Positions 52,042 through 63,403 of a stretch of 64,000 nucleotides of DNA are shown in pieces (the first letter of the stretch is position 1; the number at the start of each line of letters is the position of its first letter). Origin of the DNA: Burkholderiales bacterium (GTDB lineage: Bacteria; Pseudomonadota; Gammaproteobacteria; Burkholderiales; SG8-39); NCBI GenBank assembly GCA_035273665.1, contig DATEOW010000006.1, positions 60,318 through 124,317 of the forward strand. Reading direction: 5' to 3'. A model generated the notes under the pieces. That model did not search any database. It was not told the DNA's origin and was given only the letters and a program-made list of their open reading frames with translations. The position numbers and the translations under genes are program-made.

Positions 52042-52993
52042 AATTGCCTGCCAGGATAGACATAACGGCCATGCGCACGGCGATACCGAAGGTGACCTGC
52101 GGCAAGATCACGGCCTGCGATCCATCCGCGACGGTCGAGTCGATCTCGACGCCTCGATTCATGGGTCCAGGATGCATGACGATCGCGTCTGGTTTAGCAA
52201 GCGCGAGTTTGTCCGGCGTGAGGCCGTAGTATTTAAAGTATTCCTGTGCGGAAGGCAGCAAAGGCCCGCGCATGCGTTCATTCTGCAGACGCAGCATCAC
52301 AATGACATCGACATCGCGAAGGCCTTCAGTCATGTTGTGAAAGACCCGCACACCCAGCTGACTGACGCCCGTCGGCATGAGCGTTTGGGGACCGATTACA
52401 CGCAAGTCGGGCGTGCCAAGCGTTGTCAACGCATGAATCAGGGAGCGCGCCACCCGCGAATGCAACACATCTCCAATGATCGCCACGGATAGTCCGGTAA
52501 ATTCTTTTTTGTAATGACGGATGGTGTAAGCATCCAAAAGTCCTTGCGTCGGGTGCGCGTGGCGACCGTCACCGGCGTTGATCACATGGAGATGTGAAGC
52601 AACATGTTGTGCGATCAAATGAGGCGCACCGCTTTGCGCATGGCGGACAACAAACATGTCCGCATCCATCGCCGTCAGATTGTCGACCGTATCGAGCAAT
52701 GTTTCGCCCTTCGTCGTCGACGAGGTATTGATGTTTAGGTTGATAACATCTGCCGAGAGACGCTTTGCCGCGATTTCGAAAGTTGTCCGCGTGCGCGTCG
52801 AATTTTCGAAGAATAAATTGAACACCGATTTGCCCCGCAGCAGCGGTAGCTTTTTTACTTCTCTATCGCTGATACCGACAAAGGATGAAGCGGTGTCAAG
52901 AATATGGGTAAGTATTGCGCGGGGAAGACCTTCGATGGTGAGCAAGTGTTGCAGCTCGCCTTTTGCATTCAATTGAGGATTACGCATTATCAA
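52040..52993 (-). CDS. pyrB: aspartate carbamoyltransferase catalytic subunit
   Basis: Motifs [12 protein letters not shown] and HPGP(MNRG). Confidence 0.95.
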   Translation of the reverse strand: MIMRNPQLNAKGELQHLLTIEGLPRAILTHILDTASSFVGISDREVKKLPLLRGKSVFNLFFENSTRTRTTFEIAAKRLSADVINLNINTSSTTKGETLLDTVDNLTAMDADMFVVRHAQSGAPHLIAQHVASHLHVINAGDGRHAHPTQGLLDAYTIRHYKKEFTGLSVAIIGDVLHSRVARSLIHALTTLGTPDLRVIGPQTLMPTGVSQLGVRVFHNMTEGLRDVDVIVMLRLQNERMRGPLLPSAQEYFKYYGLTPDKLALAKPDAIVMHPGPMNRGVEIDSTVADGSQAVILPQVTFGIAVRMAVMSILAGN

Positions 52994-53480
52994 ATCGTAG
53001 CGAAAGCTTTCCTGAAGTGTCGCGATCGAGCACGAGCATCGAATCCTTGGGAACAGTTATCTTGGCCGCCGCGTATTGCGCCGAGATCGGTAATTCGCGC
53101 TCACCTCGATCCACAAGAACGACAAGGCCGATGCTTGCGGGCCGGCCGTAATCGAAGAGCTCGTTCATGGCGCCTCGCACGGTTCGTCCCGTATAAAGCA
53201 CATCATCGACGAGCAGAATGTGCCGCCCGGCGACATCGAAAGGGATATGCGAACGCTTGAGGTTTGCCTTGAGCCCGGATTGGTCAAAATCATCGCGGTA
53301 GAACGAAATATCGATTTGACCGAGCGCATGCTGCAGACCCAAGTCCTTGTGCAAGCGCTCTGCGAGCCACACGCCACCCGTGTAGATGCCCACCATGGCT
53401 GTGTCAGAATGAATACCTCGCCGCAACTGCACGAGCAGTTCCTGGTAAAGTTTTTCGGCCTCAGGAAGCTGGATGCTCAT
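52980..53480 (-). CDS. pyrR: bifunctional pyr operon regulator / uracil phosphoribosyltransferase PyrR
   Basis: 166 aa with the PRPP-binding loop [13 protein letters not shown], upstream of pyrB. Confidence 0.9.
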   Translation of the reverse strand: MSIQLPEAEKLYQELLVQLRRGIHSDTAMVGIYTGGVWLAERLHKDLGLQHALGQIDISFYRDDFDQSGLKANLKRSHIPFDVAGRHILLVDDVLYTGRTVRGAMNELFDYGRPASIGLVVLVDRGERELPISAQYAAAKITVPKDSMLVLDRDTSGKLSLRFDNA

Positions 53481-53913
53481 TGAAATAGGCTTGCAAAATC
53501 ACCTGCGCGGCGACGGGATGATTAAGATTCTTATCGCTCTTGCCGCTACGGCCTTGCTCACGCAACATCGCGCTTGCTTCGGCGGAGGACAGCCTTTCGT
53601 CGATAAAGATCACCGGTAAATGGAAGCGACCTTCAAGTTGGCGCCCGAACCGACGCGCACGACGGGTCATTTCTCGTTCTGTTCCGTCGATGGCCAAAGG
53701 CAGCCCCACTACCAGCAGAACGGGGCTCCACTCGCCCACGAGCGCCGCGATAGCGGCAAAACGCTGCTCATTGGCTTCGGCATCGATCGCCTCGAGCGGA
53801 TGTGCGACGCCAAGCATGCTCTCGCCAATGGCAACCCCGACGAACCGTTCGCCGAAATCGAAGGCCATCACGCTCCCGCTCTTTTTTGAATGAGGCCAGG
53901 AAACCGGGGCCAT
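53461..53913 (-). CDS. ruvX: Holliday junction resolvase-like protein RuvX/YqgF
   Basis: SGSVMAFDFGERFVGVAIGE aligns with the YqgF N-terminus. Start is taken at ATG 53913 and ATG 53940 is an alternative. The 196-aa ORF is an upstream extension that overlaps yqgE. Confidence 0.85.
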   Translation of the reverse strand: MAPVSWPHSKKSGSVMAFDFGERFVGVAIGESMLGVAHPLEAIDAEANEQRFAAIAALVGEWSPVLLVVGLPLAIDGTEREMTRRARRFGRQLEGRFHLPVIFIDERLSSAEASAMLREQGRSGKSDKNLNHPVAAQVILQAYFNEHPAS

Positions 53914-53932
53914 GATTTGATGCTTGCGCGCC

Positions 53933-54502
53933 TCAGGCATGCCCTGCCTCATCCGAGAGGGTCGCGTAGGAGATCCCCAACATTTGCATTGCCGCCGCGA
54001 GGCGCGCTTCGGCGGGCATCTCGAACAAGACGTCTTCTCGGGCTTCCACACTTAACCACGCATTCTGTTTGATCTCATGCTCCAACTGACCCGCTGCCCA
54101 CCCCGAGTAACCCAAGGTAACCAGGATCTGCTGAGGGCCGGCGCCCTTGCCGACTGCCTCCAAGATATCGCGCGAAGTGGTGAGTCCAATGTGATCGCGC
54201 ACCGCCAAGGTCGAGGACCACTCCCCTTTGGGGCTATGCAGCACGAAACCCCGGTCGGTCTGCACCGGGCCGCCGAAATAGACAGGCGTGTCGAAAAGCT
54301 GTGACGGCTCCAATTCGAGTTCGAGCCGCTCGAAAAGGCTCTGGAGGCTCATGTCGATGGGCCGATTGACGACGATGCCTAAGGCACCCTGCTCGTTGTG
54401 CTCACAAATATAGGTAAGGGACCGGGCAAAATAAGGATCGGCCATGTTGGGCATGGCGATGAGGAAGTGATTGGTTAAATCAACGCTCGGCACGGTCCGC
54501 AT
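53933..54502 (-). CDS. YqgE/AlgH family protein
   Basis: 189 aa with [28 protein letters not shown] and GGPV motifs. Confidence 0.88.
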   Translation of the reverse strand: MRTVPSVDLTNHFLIAMPNMADPYFARSLTYICEHNEQGALGIVVNRPIDMSLQSLFERLELELEPSQLFDTPVYFGGPVQTDRGFVLHSPKGEWSSTLAVRDHIGLTTSRDILEAVGKGAGPQQILVTLGYSGWAAGQLEHEIKQNAWLSVEAREDVLFEMPAEARLAAAMQMLGISYATLSDEAGHA

Positions 54503-54652
54503 TCTACCCGCTTGAGCGGTCGACCGCCTGCGGATTCGCCAATTTCCGGCCTTCTCCTACATTTCAAAGGCACACCGCCTTGCCGGAAGCGAATGCCCTC
54601 AGAGAAGCAATGCGTCCCGGCGCGCAGTACCTGCGGCGCCAGGATGGGGGTG

Positions 54653-57600
54653 TCAGACCAAGGTAGGCCGTTTGACGAAGGCGGCGATGTGTTCGAGCAG
54701 TTGGTCTTCCTGATACGGTTTGCCCAGGAAAACGTTCACCCCGATCTGCGCCGCATAGTTGCGGTGCTTCTCGGCGGTGCGGGAAGTGATCATGATGATC
54801 GGGATGTGTTTCAGCGCTTCGTCATGACGGACATTGCGCGTCAAATCGAAACCATCCATACGCGGCATTTCAATGTCGACGAGCATGACGTCGGGTCGCG
54901 CTTCCTGCAATTGTTCCATCGCATCGACACCGTCTTTGGCCGTGAGCACTTGATACCCCTCGCGCGCCAATAACCGGCCGGTAATTTTCCTAACGGTCAA
55001 CGAATCGTCGACGATCATGATTGTGGGCGTAGTGAGCGCCGCCACTGGGGTTGCCATCGGCGTAGCAGCGCGCACGGCGCCCTGATCATGAGAGGCGAGA
55101 ATGACCGGATTGATGATCAATACGATCTCGCCGGTACCCAGCACGGTCGCCCCTGTGATACCGACGATACGGGCGAGCAGCGGCCCCGTGTTCTTCACCA
55201 CGATTTCCTGGTTGCCGATCACCTCGTCGATCTGCACTGCGGCGTGATTGGCGCCGCTACGTGCGAAGAGCACCGGTGTGATGCGCGCCGCTTCGGGTTG
55301 ATGCACGGCATCGCCCAGCAAATAGGGCAGATAGCGGAATGCAAAACTCCGGTCTTGCCAACGCATTTCCCCGCTTTGCTGCGCGCGCTTCAATTCTTCG
55401 GCCTTCACGTGGCGAATCTGTTCGACCATCACCGAAGGCACCGCATAGATGGTACCGCCGGCGCGCACGAGCACAGCCTGTGTCACCGCGAGCGTCAGCG
55501 GCAAGAAAATAGTGAAGCGCGTGCCTTGCCCAGGGACAGAAGTCGTATCGACCCGTCCGCCCAAGGCGGTAATTTCGTTTTTGACAACGTCCATGCCGAC
55601 GCCGCGGCCGGACAATTGCGTCACTTCACTGGCGGTCGAGAAGCCGGGGTGGAAAATAAACTCGGCAATTTCACTTTCGCCCAACTCAGCATCCGCGGCG
55701 ATTAGCCCGAGACTGAGCGCCTTGGCGCGAATGCGGTCGTAGTCCAGGCCGGCGCCGTCATCCGACACGGCCAACATGACTTCATTGCCCTCTTGCCGCA
55801 CTTCAACGGTGATTTCGCCGATTTCATTCTTGCCGCGCGCGCGCCGTACGTCTGCCGCTTCGATACCATGCGCCACGCAATTGCGCAGCATATGTTCAAA
55901 AGGCGCCGTAATGCGCTCGAGCACGGAACGATCCAATTCAGCCTGGCTACCGCGAATATCCAACACGGCCCGTTTACCGGAGTCTTTGGTCGCCTGTCGC
56001 ACAACGCGATAGAGGCGTTCGGTGACGCTCGCGAAGGGCACCATGCGAATACGCATCAGATCGCCTTGCAAGTCGCGTGTCATGCGTGCCTGCGCCATGA
56101 GCGCTGCATCGGCCTCGTCAAGCGCTTTGAGCAAGTTATTGTGAACCGTAGAAACGTCGTTCACGCTTTCGGCCATCATCCGCGTCAATTCCTGGAAGCG
56201 GCTGAAACGGTCCATTTCCAGCGGATCGAACTCGACATGCTTTTCCTGGGCCAAGCTCATTTTCGACTGCATCTGCGATTCGGCTTGAATCTCGATTTCA
56301 CGCAATTGCGTGCGCAGGCGGCTAACGTTCTCGGTCAGATCGTGTACGGAGAACTTGAGCGTGCGCATTTCGCCTTCGATACGGCTACGCGCAATACTGA
56401 CCTCGCCCGCTTCATTAACTAAGCGGTCGATGGTATCGGCGCGCACGCGCAACATCGCTCGCTGTGCTGCAGCGACTTCCAATTCTTCGGGTGTGGCGGG
56501 AGCCGGCGGCTGCATCGGCGTCGGCGCGACCGCGACGGAGCTCACGGTTTCCGCGGGAATTTCTTCCGCAACGCTCGGCTCGAAGACCGGCGCATCTGCT
56601 ACAACCGGCGCTTCAGGTACCAACGCATTCGGATCGAGCAGATGCTCATATAGCGAATTCAGGCGGTCGTACGCCATTTCCAAATCGTCAAACAAACTGC
56701 CCGGTAGATTCTTCAAGGCGAGCGCATTTTCGACGCGGGTTTCCATGGTGTGGGTCAATTCGCCCAACGCCATCGCGCCCGTCATCCGAGCCGAACCCTT
56801 CAATGTGTGCAAACTGCGCTGAAGCGAATGCCCTGCGGCCACATTGCCCGGGTTGTCGCGCCAATCGCGCAACCCTGCGCCGATGGCAGGCATCAGTTCT
56901 TGCGCTTCTTCCAGGAAGATTGGAAGAAGTTGCGGATCCAGGTCATCGTCAACGCGACCGCGACGACGCTCACGCTCAATCCGTTCCTCTTCCTCCGTCA
57001 TGCGCTCAGAGAAAGGTTCAGCGCCCGACGAGGGGAAGCTAAGAACGTTTGCCGGCATTTCGTTCGCGGTGATATGACCGAAAGCGCTCGGCATCACTTC
57101 AGGCGCCGCAGCTTCTTCGGTTGGCAGCACTTCCATCATGCCGGAAAAGTCCAGCTCGACCGGCGCATCGGTTATTGGGGATTCCGACGCGTTCATTTGT
57201 ACGAAATCGGGCAGGCTTTCCGGCGAAAGCACAGGCAATGCGTTCAAACGATCGACCAGCGTTTGAGCGGAAGGTGGCAAGCGGCGCGCTGCCACCTGCT
57301 CCACCATGTCATCCAGTTGCGCAAGCGCATCGGCGATTGCAGCCCGGCTTTCAGCCTCGATATTCTGATTGTCGATGCGATCGAGCAGATGCTCGAAGGC
57401 CTGTCCTACTTGTTCGATTGCATCAATGCGAACCGTACCTGCGATTCCGTTCAGCGTATGTGCGGCGCGCTTGAAGTCGTCGCTCGGCGCGGCCGGAGAA
57501 TGGGTCATGCGCATTTGTGCGATTAACGCACGCGCTTCGTCGACGAAAATTCGGTAAAGGGATGCAGATAATTCCACATCGCCTACGGCCACTGTTTCGG

Positions 57601-60148
57601 ACGATTCGACAGCGTTCGTGTCGCCGGTCGGGCTGAAATCCAAGGATTCGGCAGCCGATTCCTCAGATACGATGGAGGGTGCGCGAACCTCTGAGGTCGA
57701 CTCAGCCGCCGCGACGGGCGGCGAGAGCTCCCCCAATGGTTCACCTGATTTCACTTTCTCGGCCGCTGCGACAACCGCGCTCTCATCGGGACTTGCTCCG
57801 CCCGCTTTTAATGTAATGACCGCTTGGTCGAAGAAACTGCGCGCATACTCGATCAGCGTAAGCAGATCGGGCGTCGCCGAACGTTCTTCTTCCAACCAAC
57901 GATTCAGAACCTGCTCTACCGACCACGCCGCTTCGCCCAGACGTGTCAGACCAACCATGCGGCCACTGCCTTTGAGCGTATGGAAGCCGCGGCGAATAGT
58001 CCGCATCACATCGATGTTCTGCGTGTCGTCACGCGCGATCACCAGATGGTCGGCAATGGTCTGCAATACTTCGCCCGCTTCTTCGAGATAAACCGACAGA
58101 AGCTCAGCATCAACCGTTTCGTCGCTTGCCTTCAGTAACTTGGCAGCTTCCGCAGAATGCGCATGCACCGCTGTAGACGGCGCAATGTTTTGCATCACTT
58201 GCGAAATCTCGGCGTCGAAGGGTTTCACCGTCGACACTTCCATCAGTGCGAGCATTTCGCCAATGCGCTGAGCAAGCGAGGCATGAGAGACGAGGTTAGC
58301 GTCTTTTTGAATTGCAGTAAGGTTCGCGCGCAGGATATCTTTGAGCCGCCCATCTTCAGGCTGTTGACGCCACGCTTCGAACTGGCGCTCCAATTCCCGC
58401 TTCGCCGCGCCGATTTCGGTTTCGACCGTCGAGCCATGCGTCTGCGCTTCGATGGTTTCGCCGCCCATACCTTCTTGGGCGCCGATGGGTTTCATCGTGG
58501 CATCGAAGTCTGCTTTGCCGTGCTGAAGCGCTTCAACGTAGAAACCGAGCCCTGACAGCACACCGGCGACGCGTTCAAAATCTTCTGCGCTCGGTTTGTA
58601 GTCCGATTGACTAAAACGCTGAATTTCGACTGCGGTCTGCGCAAGAGCGGCGGCAGCACGATCTTCGTTCAACATCGTCAAAGCGCCCATCACCTGCCGC
58701 ACGGGTTTGTCCAAGCCGACGAGTTCGCCACGCTGGTTTTCGTCGCGGAAGAAGGCGTCAAGCGCCTGTTCGATCGCGCGTAGCGAAGCTTGAATCTCCG
58801 AGACGACCTGGGACATGAGCAAACGCTCTTGCGCACGGCGCGACATTTCGTCCAGCAACGGGATCGGCACGACACTGGTCAGCGTGGTGCCGCTCATGCA
58901 ACCTTGCAGGCGCTCGTTCATGATGCGCACCTGCTCGGCAAACTGTTCGCTTGGTTTATCCAGCGTGTCGAGCGCGTTCTCGATCAGCAGCAATGCTGTG
59001 GCAACTTCCATTGCCGCGGAATCGTCACAGCGTTCAGGATTTTCGTTGGCCCAATCTGCGACAGCGGATAGTTGTTCTGTCAGCGCGCGCAACTTTTCTT
59101 CGCCCAAGGCGACGGCATAACCGGCGATCTGTTCGGCCTGATCGCGGAAACTGCTGATGCTCGGACGATGGCCGGAGGCGACCTTGTTCCAAGTGGACTT
59201 GGCGGTGTTCACCAACTCGCGCAATGCGCGTTTGGCCGGCGGCGGCGCAGTGGCATCGCCTTTCACGGTCAAGCTGTCGGGAATGGTCGAAGCCAGTTGA
59301 TAGACCTCGTGCACTTGACGCACGTGATCAGTGACCGGTTTTGCGCGAGCGACGGTGAAGAGCGCCTCGCGCATGAGCCGCTCGGCGACAGCCGTCGGCC
59401 CTTCGATAACCCGTTTAAGTTGTTGCTCGATGCGGTTGCAAAGCCGTTGAATCGCCGGCTGTGCAGGCACGGCGCGGCCGGCAAGCGCATCGAAGAAACC
59501 AAGTGCCACCCACCAAAAGGCGCGCTGCGCCGGATTGGTCTGCACCGCTTCGACTGCCGCAACGGCGACGCGCATGCCTTCGACGCCACTCCAGTCATGC
59601 CGTAACCACTTGAGCAAGCCTCGTTGATAACGAGCGCGCTGACGGCGAAGATACAAAGGCATCTGCTCCGGCGCTACAGTGACGGGCGGATGTTCGCGGC
59701 GCGGCGGACGGCGCGTGAGATCGGGATAATAAAGATCGATCGGATCCGGTGCGCGACCGCGCGCGATCACGACATCCGCATACAGGGGATAAAGTTTCAG
59801 CGGTTGATTCGGCCCGCCGGCCAGCAACTCTTCGAGATAGCCGCCAATTGCGGCGTATGCTTCCTGAATCGCTTTTTGGGCGTTGGAAAGCGGCGCTTCC
59901 TCGCTCCCCGCGAAGTCGCTCAGCAAGCCTTCCACTTCTTCGGACAAACGCGTCACGCCGTCGAGACCGACGATCTGCAACGCGCCATGCGCCTGGTGGA
60001 AATGCTTCTGCGCCGTCTTCAGCGAAGCTTTATCGTCGCTGTTGGCGAGATAGGTGCGCAAGGCCTCGCGCGAACGCTCCAAAGCCTGATCGATCTCGCC
60101 TTTCACCCAAGTCAGCGGACCTACATCGAAGTTGCTCGGCTTGCTCAT
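54653..60148 (-). CDS. chpA: hybrid CheA-type histidine kinase ChpA/PilL of the type IV pilus chemosensory system (multi-Hpt, HATPase, CheW-like, C-terminal REC)
   Basis: 1831 aa. Hpt motifs are FHQAHGALQIVG, GFHTLKGSGRMVG, AAHTLNGIAGTV and SLHTLKGSARMTG. There is a kinase core (GRGVGMDVV), a CheW-like domain and a REC domain (IMIVDDS...DVMLVDIEMPRMDG). Confidence 0.92.
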   Translation of the reverse strand: MSKPSNFDVGPLTWVKGEIDQALERSREALRTYLANSDDKASLKTAQKHFHQAHGALQIVGLDGVTRLSEEVEGLLSDFAGSEEAPLSNAQKAIQEAYAAIGGYLEELLAGGPNQPLKLYPLYADVVIARGRAPDPIDLYYPDLTRRPPRREHPPVTVAPEQMPLYLRRQRARYQRGLLKWLRHDWSGVEGMRVAVAAVEAVQTNPAQRAFWWVALGFFDALAGRAVPAQPAIQRLCNRIEQQLKRVIEGPTAVAERLMREALFTVARAKPVTDHVRQVHEVYQLASTIPDSLTVKGDATAPPPAKRALRELVNTAKSTWNKVASGHRPSISSFRDQAEQIAGYAVALGEEKLRALTEQLSAVADWANENPERCDDSAAMEVATALLLIENALDTLDKPSEQFAEQVRIMNERLQGCMSGTTLTSVVPIPLLDEMSRRAQERLLMSQVVSEIQASLRAIEQALDAFFRDENQRGELVGLDKPVRQVMGALTMLNEDRAAAALAQTAVEIQRFSQSDYKPSAEDFERVAGVLSGLGFYVEALQHGKADFDATMKPIGAQEGMGGETIEAQTHGSTVETEIGAAKRELERQFEAWRQQPEDGRLKDILRANLTAIQKDANLVSHASLAQRIGEMLALMEVSTVKPFDAEISQVMQNIAPSTAVHAHSAEAAKLLKASDETVDAELLSVYLEEAGEVLQTIADHLVIARDDTQNIDVMRTIRRGFHTLKGSGRMVGLTRLGEAAWSVEQVLNRWLEEERSATPDLLTLIEYARSFFDQAVITLKAGGASPDESAVVAAAEKVKSGEPLGELSPPVAAAESTSEVRAPSIVSEESAAESLDFSPTGDTNAVESSETVAVGDVELSASLYRIFVDEARALIAQMRMTHSPAAPSDDFKRAAHTLNGIAGTVRIDAIEQVGQAFEHLLDRIDNQNIEAESRAAIADALAQLDDMVEQVAARRLPPSAQTLVDRLNALPVLSPESLPDFVQMNASESPITDAPVELDFSGMMEVLPTEEAAAPEVMPSAFGHITANEMPANVLSFPSSGAEPFSERMTEEEERIERERRRGRVDDDLDPQLLPIFLEEAQELMPAIGAGLRDWRDNPGNVAAGHSLQRSLHTLKGSARMTGAMALGELTHTMETRVENALALKNLPGSLFDDLEMAYDRLNSLYEHLLDPNALVPEAPVVADAPVFEPSVAEEIPAETVSSVAVAPTPMQPPAPATPEELEVAAAQRAMLRVRADTIDRLVNEAGEVSIARSRIEGEMRTLKFSVHDLTENVSRLRTQLREIEIQAESQMQSKMSLAQEKHVEFDPLEMDRFSRFQELTRMMAESVNDVSTVHNNLLKALDEADAALMAQARMTRDLQGDLMRIRMVPFASVTERLYRVVRQATKDSGKRAVLDIRGSQAELDRSVLERITAPFEHMLRNCVAHGIEAADVRRARGKNEIGEITVEVRQEGNEVMLAVSDDGAGLDYDRIRAKALSLGLIAADAELGESEIAEFIFHPGFSTASEVTQLSGRGVGMDVVKNEITALGGRVDTTSVPGQGTRFTIFLPLTLAVTQAVLVRAGGTIYAVPSVMVEQIRHVKAEELKRAQQSGEMRWQDRSFAFRYLPYLLGDAVHQPEAARITPVLFARSGANHAAVQIDEVIGNQEIVVKNTGPLLARIVGITGATVLGTGEIVLIINPVILASHDQGAVRAATPMATPVAALTTPTIMIVDDSLTVRKITGRLLAREGYQVLTAKDGVDAMEQLQEARPDVMLVDIEMPRMDGFDLTRNVRHDEALKHIPIIMITSRTAEKHRNYAAQIGVNVFLGKPYQEDQLLEHIAAFVKRPTLV

Positions 60149-60254
60149 CCCTGCGAACCTTATAAGCGTTTTATTGCGAACGGCTGTTTTCTCTCAACAG
60201 CCCGATCAATTGCGGCCGCCCACCAGCAACAAGGGCGGACCGCGACGATCCTGC

Positions 60255-62432
60255 TTAAATCTTGAAGTTGGCGACCGAACCTTTGAGTTCGGCTGCCAGC
60301 TTGGCGAGCTGACCGACCGATACGGCGGTTTGCTTCGTACCCTCGGTGGTTTGTTTCGTCACCGAAAGAATGTCCTGCATGGTCGTTGCCACCGTACCGG
60401 CCTCTTGCGCCTGGGCCTGCGCCGTCACGGAGATGTCTTCAATCAGTTGTGCAAGGCGGCGCGACACATCGCCGATCTCGCCGAGCGCCTGACCTGCGGC
60501 ATCGGAAAGCTTTGCTCCATCAACCACACCCTGCGTGCTTTTCTCCATAGCGGAGACCGCATCCTGGGTATCGGTCTGAATGGTTTTCACAATCGCGCCG
60601 ATCTGTTTCGTTGCCTCGCCCGAACGTTCCGCGAGGCGCTGCACCTCTTCCGCGACCACCGTAAAGCCACGACCCGCTTCACCCGCGGACGCCGCTTGAA
60701 TCGCAGCATTCAGCGCCAACACGTTCGTCTGTTCCGTAATGTCGGTAATCAGTTCAACGATCTCGCCAATCTCCTGCGAGGATTCGCCCAGACGCTTAAT
60801 CCGTTTCGCGGTCTCTTGAATCTGATCGCGAATGTCGTTCATACCGGCGATAGAGTTTTGCACTGCTTCTTGACCCTTTTGCGCAGCAGTCAAGGATTGG
60901 CGCGCAACGTTCACCGATTGCGAAGCCGACGCGGACACGTCGTTAATCGCGCGGGCCATACCCTGCACCGAGTCACCAGCCGTTTGAATCTCTTTCGACT
61001 GACGTTCTGCGGCTTGCAGCAGTCGAGTGGAGGTTTGCGCCGCGGATTCCGTCGCGCTCGTCACCTGCGCCGCCGCGGAGTTGATGCGGCCCACCAGCAC
61101 GCGGAGCTCTTCAATCGTGTAGTTCACCGAGTCGGCGATCGCACCCGTGATGTCCTCTGTAACGGTCGCTTGCACGGTCAAGTCACCGTCCGCCAAGCTG
61201 CCCATCTCGTTCATCAGCCGCAAAATAGCTTCCTGGTTGGCCTTGTTCTGCGCTTCCGCTTCCTCGCGCAGACGTTCCGATTCTTCGCGCAGCTTCACCT
61301 GCTCGACACGGCGTCGTTCCGTTTCATCGCGATAAGCCTTGCCAAGCAAGATAATGGAAGCAATTACCAACAGGATACTGGCGCCGATCACCACGTTATA
61401 AAGCGTGCCGCCCAATTGCGCTTGATACTGTTCTTCCAGCCGCTTTGCGCTGCCTAATAGAGTGTCCGATTCGCTCACCACGCGACGGCCTGCGCGCTTG
61501 GCGTTCACGAGCGGTTGCAAGTTACCCATGATCGCGTCAACCGCGACGCTATATTCGGCAAAGGCGGCTTCCAAATCCTTTAATGCATCCAAGGCATCAG
61601 GATCGGTGGTTGCCGGCACGCCCATGCTCACGTTGCCGTTTTTCAAGTTGTTCAAAGTATTGCGGAAGGTGTCTTTGTCTTTACGCAGCAAGAACACCAC
61701 TTCGGCACCGATTTCGTCCGATGCGAGCAGCGCGTTGGCGTTTTTCGCCATCCGCTGCGTCAACATCACGAGCTGGCTCGACATCTCCAGCTCAGCGCGC
61801 GCGCTGCCCTTGGCTTCCAATTTGATACCGGCAACGGCTTCGGCCTGATCGAGCAGCGAAGCGTTATTGCTATTGATCTTCCGTACTGCCTCACCCAGCG
61901 CCACCAAGTTGGCTTGCTGGTCCAACACGAGACTGATGTCCTTGTCGGTCTTCAACCAGACTGTTCCCAAGGTATCCAACTCGATACGCGCTTGGCCTCT
62001 GGTTGGAGGCACCTCGGCGCCGCCGATATCGCCGCCGGCGCTCAACGTTTGCTGGATGCCCGAGAATTGTTTACGAGCCTCCCGTAAGCGCTGGAAAGCA
62101 GGTGTCTGGCCTTGGAGTGCCTGCTGCACCTCGTTCGAGATCTGCTGCGATAAGGTACGCAACTGCCCGGCGGCCGAAACGTATGCCGTACCGTTGTTTG
62201 CGTTCTTCACGGATAGGTAACCCGAGAAACCGATCGCAATGACGAGTAGACCGATCAGGCCGGCGAAAATCCGCATTTGTTTGCGGAAGGACATTTCGCC
62301 GAGGATCGGCATCGGCGAGCGGGCAGCCTTGCCGATGACATCGGTGATTGTATGCGTCGGTTCGAGCGAAACGTCGCCACTTTCTCGCGACTTGCCGAAT
62401 CCCAGATTCAACGCTGACCAATTGATTGCCAT
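60255..62432 (-). CDS. pilJ: methyl-accepting chemotaxis protein PilJ
   Basis: 725 aa with an N-terminal TM segment, a large periplasmic domain, HAMP, and the highly conserved MCP signalling hairpin ([38 protein letters not shown]). Confidence 0.9.
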   Translation of the reverse strand: MAINWSALNLGFGKSRESGDVSLEPTHTITDVIGKAARSPMPILGEMSFRKQMRIFAGLIGLLVIAIGFSGYLSVKNANNGTAYVSAAGQLRTLSQQISNEVQQALQGQTPAFQRLREARKQFSGIQQTLSAGGDIGGAEVPPTRGQARIELDTLGTVWLKTDKDISLVLDQQANLVALGEAVRKINSNNASLLDQAEAVAGIKLEAKGSARAELEMSSQLVMLTQRMAKNANALLASDEIGAEVVFLLRKDKDTFRNTLNNLKNGNVSMGVPATTDPDALDALKDLEAAFAEYSVAVDAIMGNLQPLVNAKRAGRRVVSESDTLLGSAKRLEEQYQAQLGGTLYNVVIGASILLVIASIILLGKAYRDETERRRVEQVKLREESERLREEAEAQNKANQEAILRLMNEMGSLADGDLTVQATVTEDITGAIADSVNYTIEELRVLVGRINSAAAQVTSATESAAQTSTRLLQAAERQSKEIQTAGDSVQGMARAINDVSASASQSVNVARQSLTAAQKGQEAVQNSIAGMNDIRDQIQETAKRIKRLGESSQEIGEIVELITDITEQTNVLALNAAIQAASAGEAGRGFTVVAEEVQRLAERSGEATKQIGAIVKTIQTDTQDAVSAMEKSTQGVVDGAKLSDAAGQALGEIGDVSRRLAQLIEDISVTAQAQAQEAGTVATTMQDILSVTKQTTEGTKQTAVSVGQLAKLAAELKGSVANFKI

Positions 62433-62481
62433 ATGCCCCCCAACCTCTCTCTAACTCTCTCTTTGACTGATTGCGCCGGCT

Positions 62482-62994
62482 CTACTGGCCCGATTGCAAA
62501 AATTCAGGGTGATAGACCAAAGCCGCCATGCTTAACTCGCGCCACTCGCGTCCGTCACCGTCGCGATAGCGTGCGCTTTCCCATGCACGTCGTCTTTCCT
62601 TTTCGCTAGCCTGGAATTGCTGCAAATTGCGCAAGCCCAGCATCCGATTTACCAGCAGCGCGGCATTCATGCCGAACCGCTCGCCCACCAGTAAGAGGCG
62701 TGAATCCGGCGTGGCAGGCGTCAACTCGCCGCCTTGAAACGCCGCCAGATCAACCACGCTATATAAGTTGCCGCGAATATTGGCCAAGCCGCGGTACCAG
62801 GACCGCGCGCGCGGCACTCCGGCCACTTTAGGCAACGGAATCACTTCCCCGGCTTCGTCCAGCTTAATCAACCAATGTTCAGTACCCACTTGCACACCCA
62901 AACGCGTCGACGGCACTTCGGAGGCCGCCTGAGCCTCGTTCAGTCGGCGTACCAGTCCCTGCTGGAATTCGCGCAGACTCGTGCGTCGGGCCAT
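62482..62994 (-). CDS. pilI: CheW-like coupling protein PilI
   Basis: 170-aa CheW domain protein between pilH and pilJ. Confidence 0.85.
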   Translation of the reverse strand: MARRTSLREFQQGLVRRLNEAQAASEVPSTRLGVQVGTEHWLIKLDEAGEVIPLPKVAGVPRARSWYRGLANIRGNLYSVVDLAAFQGGELTPATPDSRLLLVGERFGMNAALLVNRMLGLRNLQQFQASEKERRRAWESARYRDGDGREWRELSMAALVYHPEFLQSGQ

Positions 62995-63002
62995 GTTCTG
63001 TC

Positions 63003-63377
63003 TCAGGCAGCGTTGTGCAAGCCGGCGATTTTCGCCAGCAGGGTCGACGAGTCGACGGGTTTAACGAGATAGTCGAGGGCGCCTTGGCGCATGCCCCAAA
63101 TCTTGTCGGTTTCTGCGTTCTTACTCGTGCACATGATCACCGGGATATGTTTCGTCGCATCGTCGCGCGTAATCGTGCGCGTCGCTTGATAACCGTTGAG
63201 GCCGGGCATCACGACATCCATCAGAATAAGATCGGGCATTTCGCTTTTGGCTTTAACGATGGCTTCCTCGCCGCTTTCGGCAGTGACGACTTGATAGCCC
63301 TGCTTCGCCAGCATTTCCAACAGGAACTGACGGTCCGTGGGCGAATCGTCGACAACTAAAATTTTATGTACCGGCAC
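63003..63377 (-). CDS. pilH: single-domain response regulator PilH
   Basis: 124-aa CheY-like protein (ILVVDDS, LILMDVVMPGLNG, K at LVKP). Confidence 0.88.
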   Translation of the reverse strand: MPVHKILVVDDSPTDRQFLLEMLAKQGYQVVTAESGEEAIVKAKSEMPDLILMDVVMPGLNGYQATRTITRDDATKHIPVIMCTSKNAETDKIWGMRQGALDYLVKPVDSSTLLAKIAGLHNAA

Positions 63378-63403
63378 TGTTTTCCCCTGATTCTCAGTAC
63401 GAC

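Noticed and set aside
60132-61457. A 441-aa plus-strand ORF overlapping pilJ. Similar long antisense or alternative-frame ORFs occur elsewhere, for example 12857-13591, 32245-33006, 38491-39324, 56750-57526 and 24332-25063.
   Set aside because: All are R/L/H/G-rich low-complexity translations lying opposite or out of frame to genes with unambiguous conserved motifs (pilJ, mreB/mreC, phoR, the SSS transporter, chpA, polA). They are shadow ORFs.
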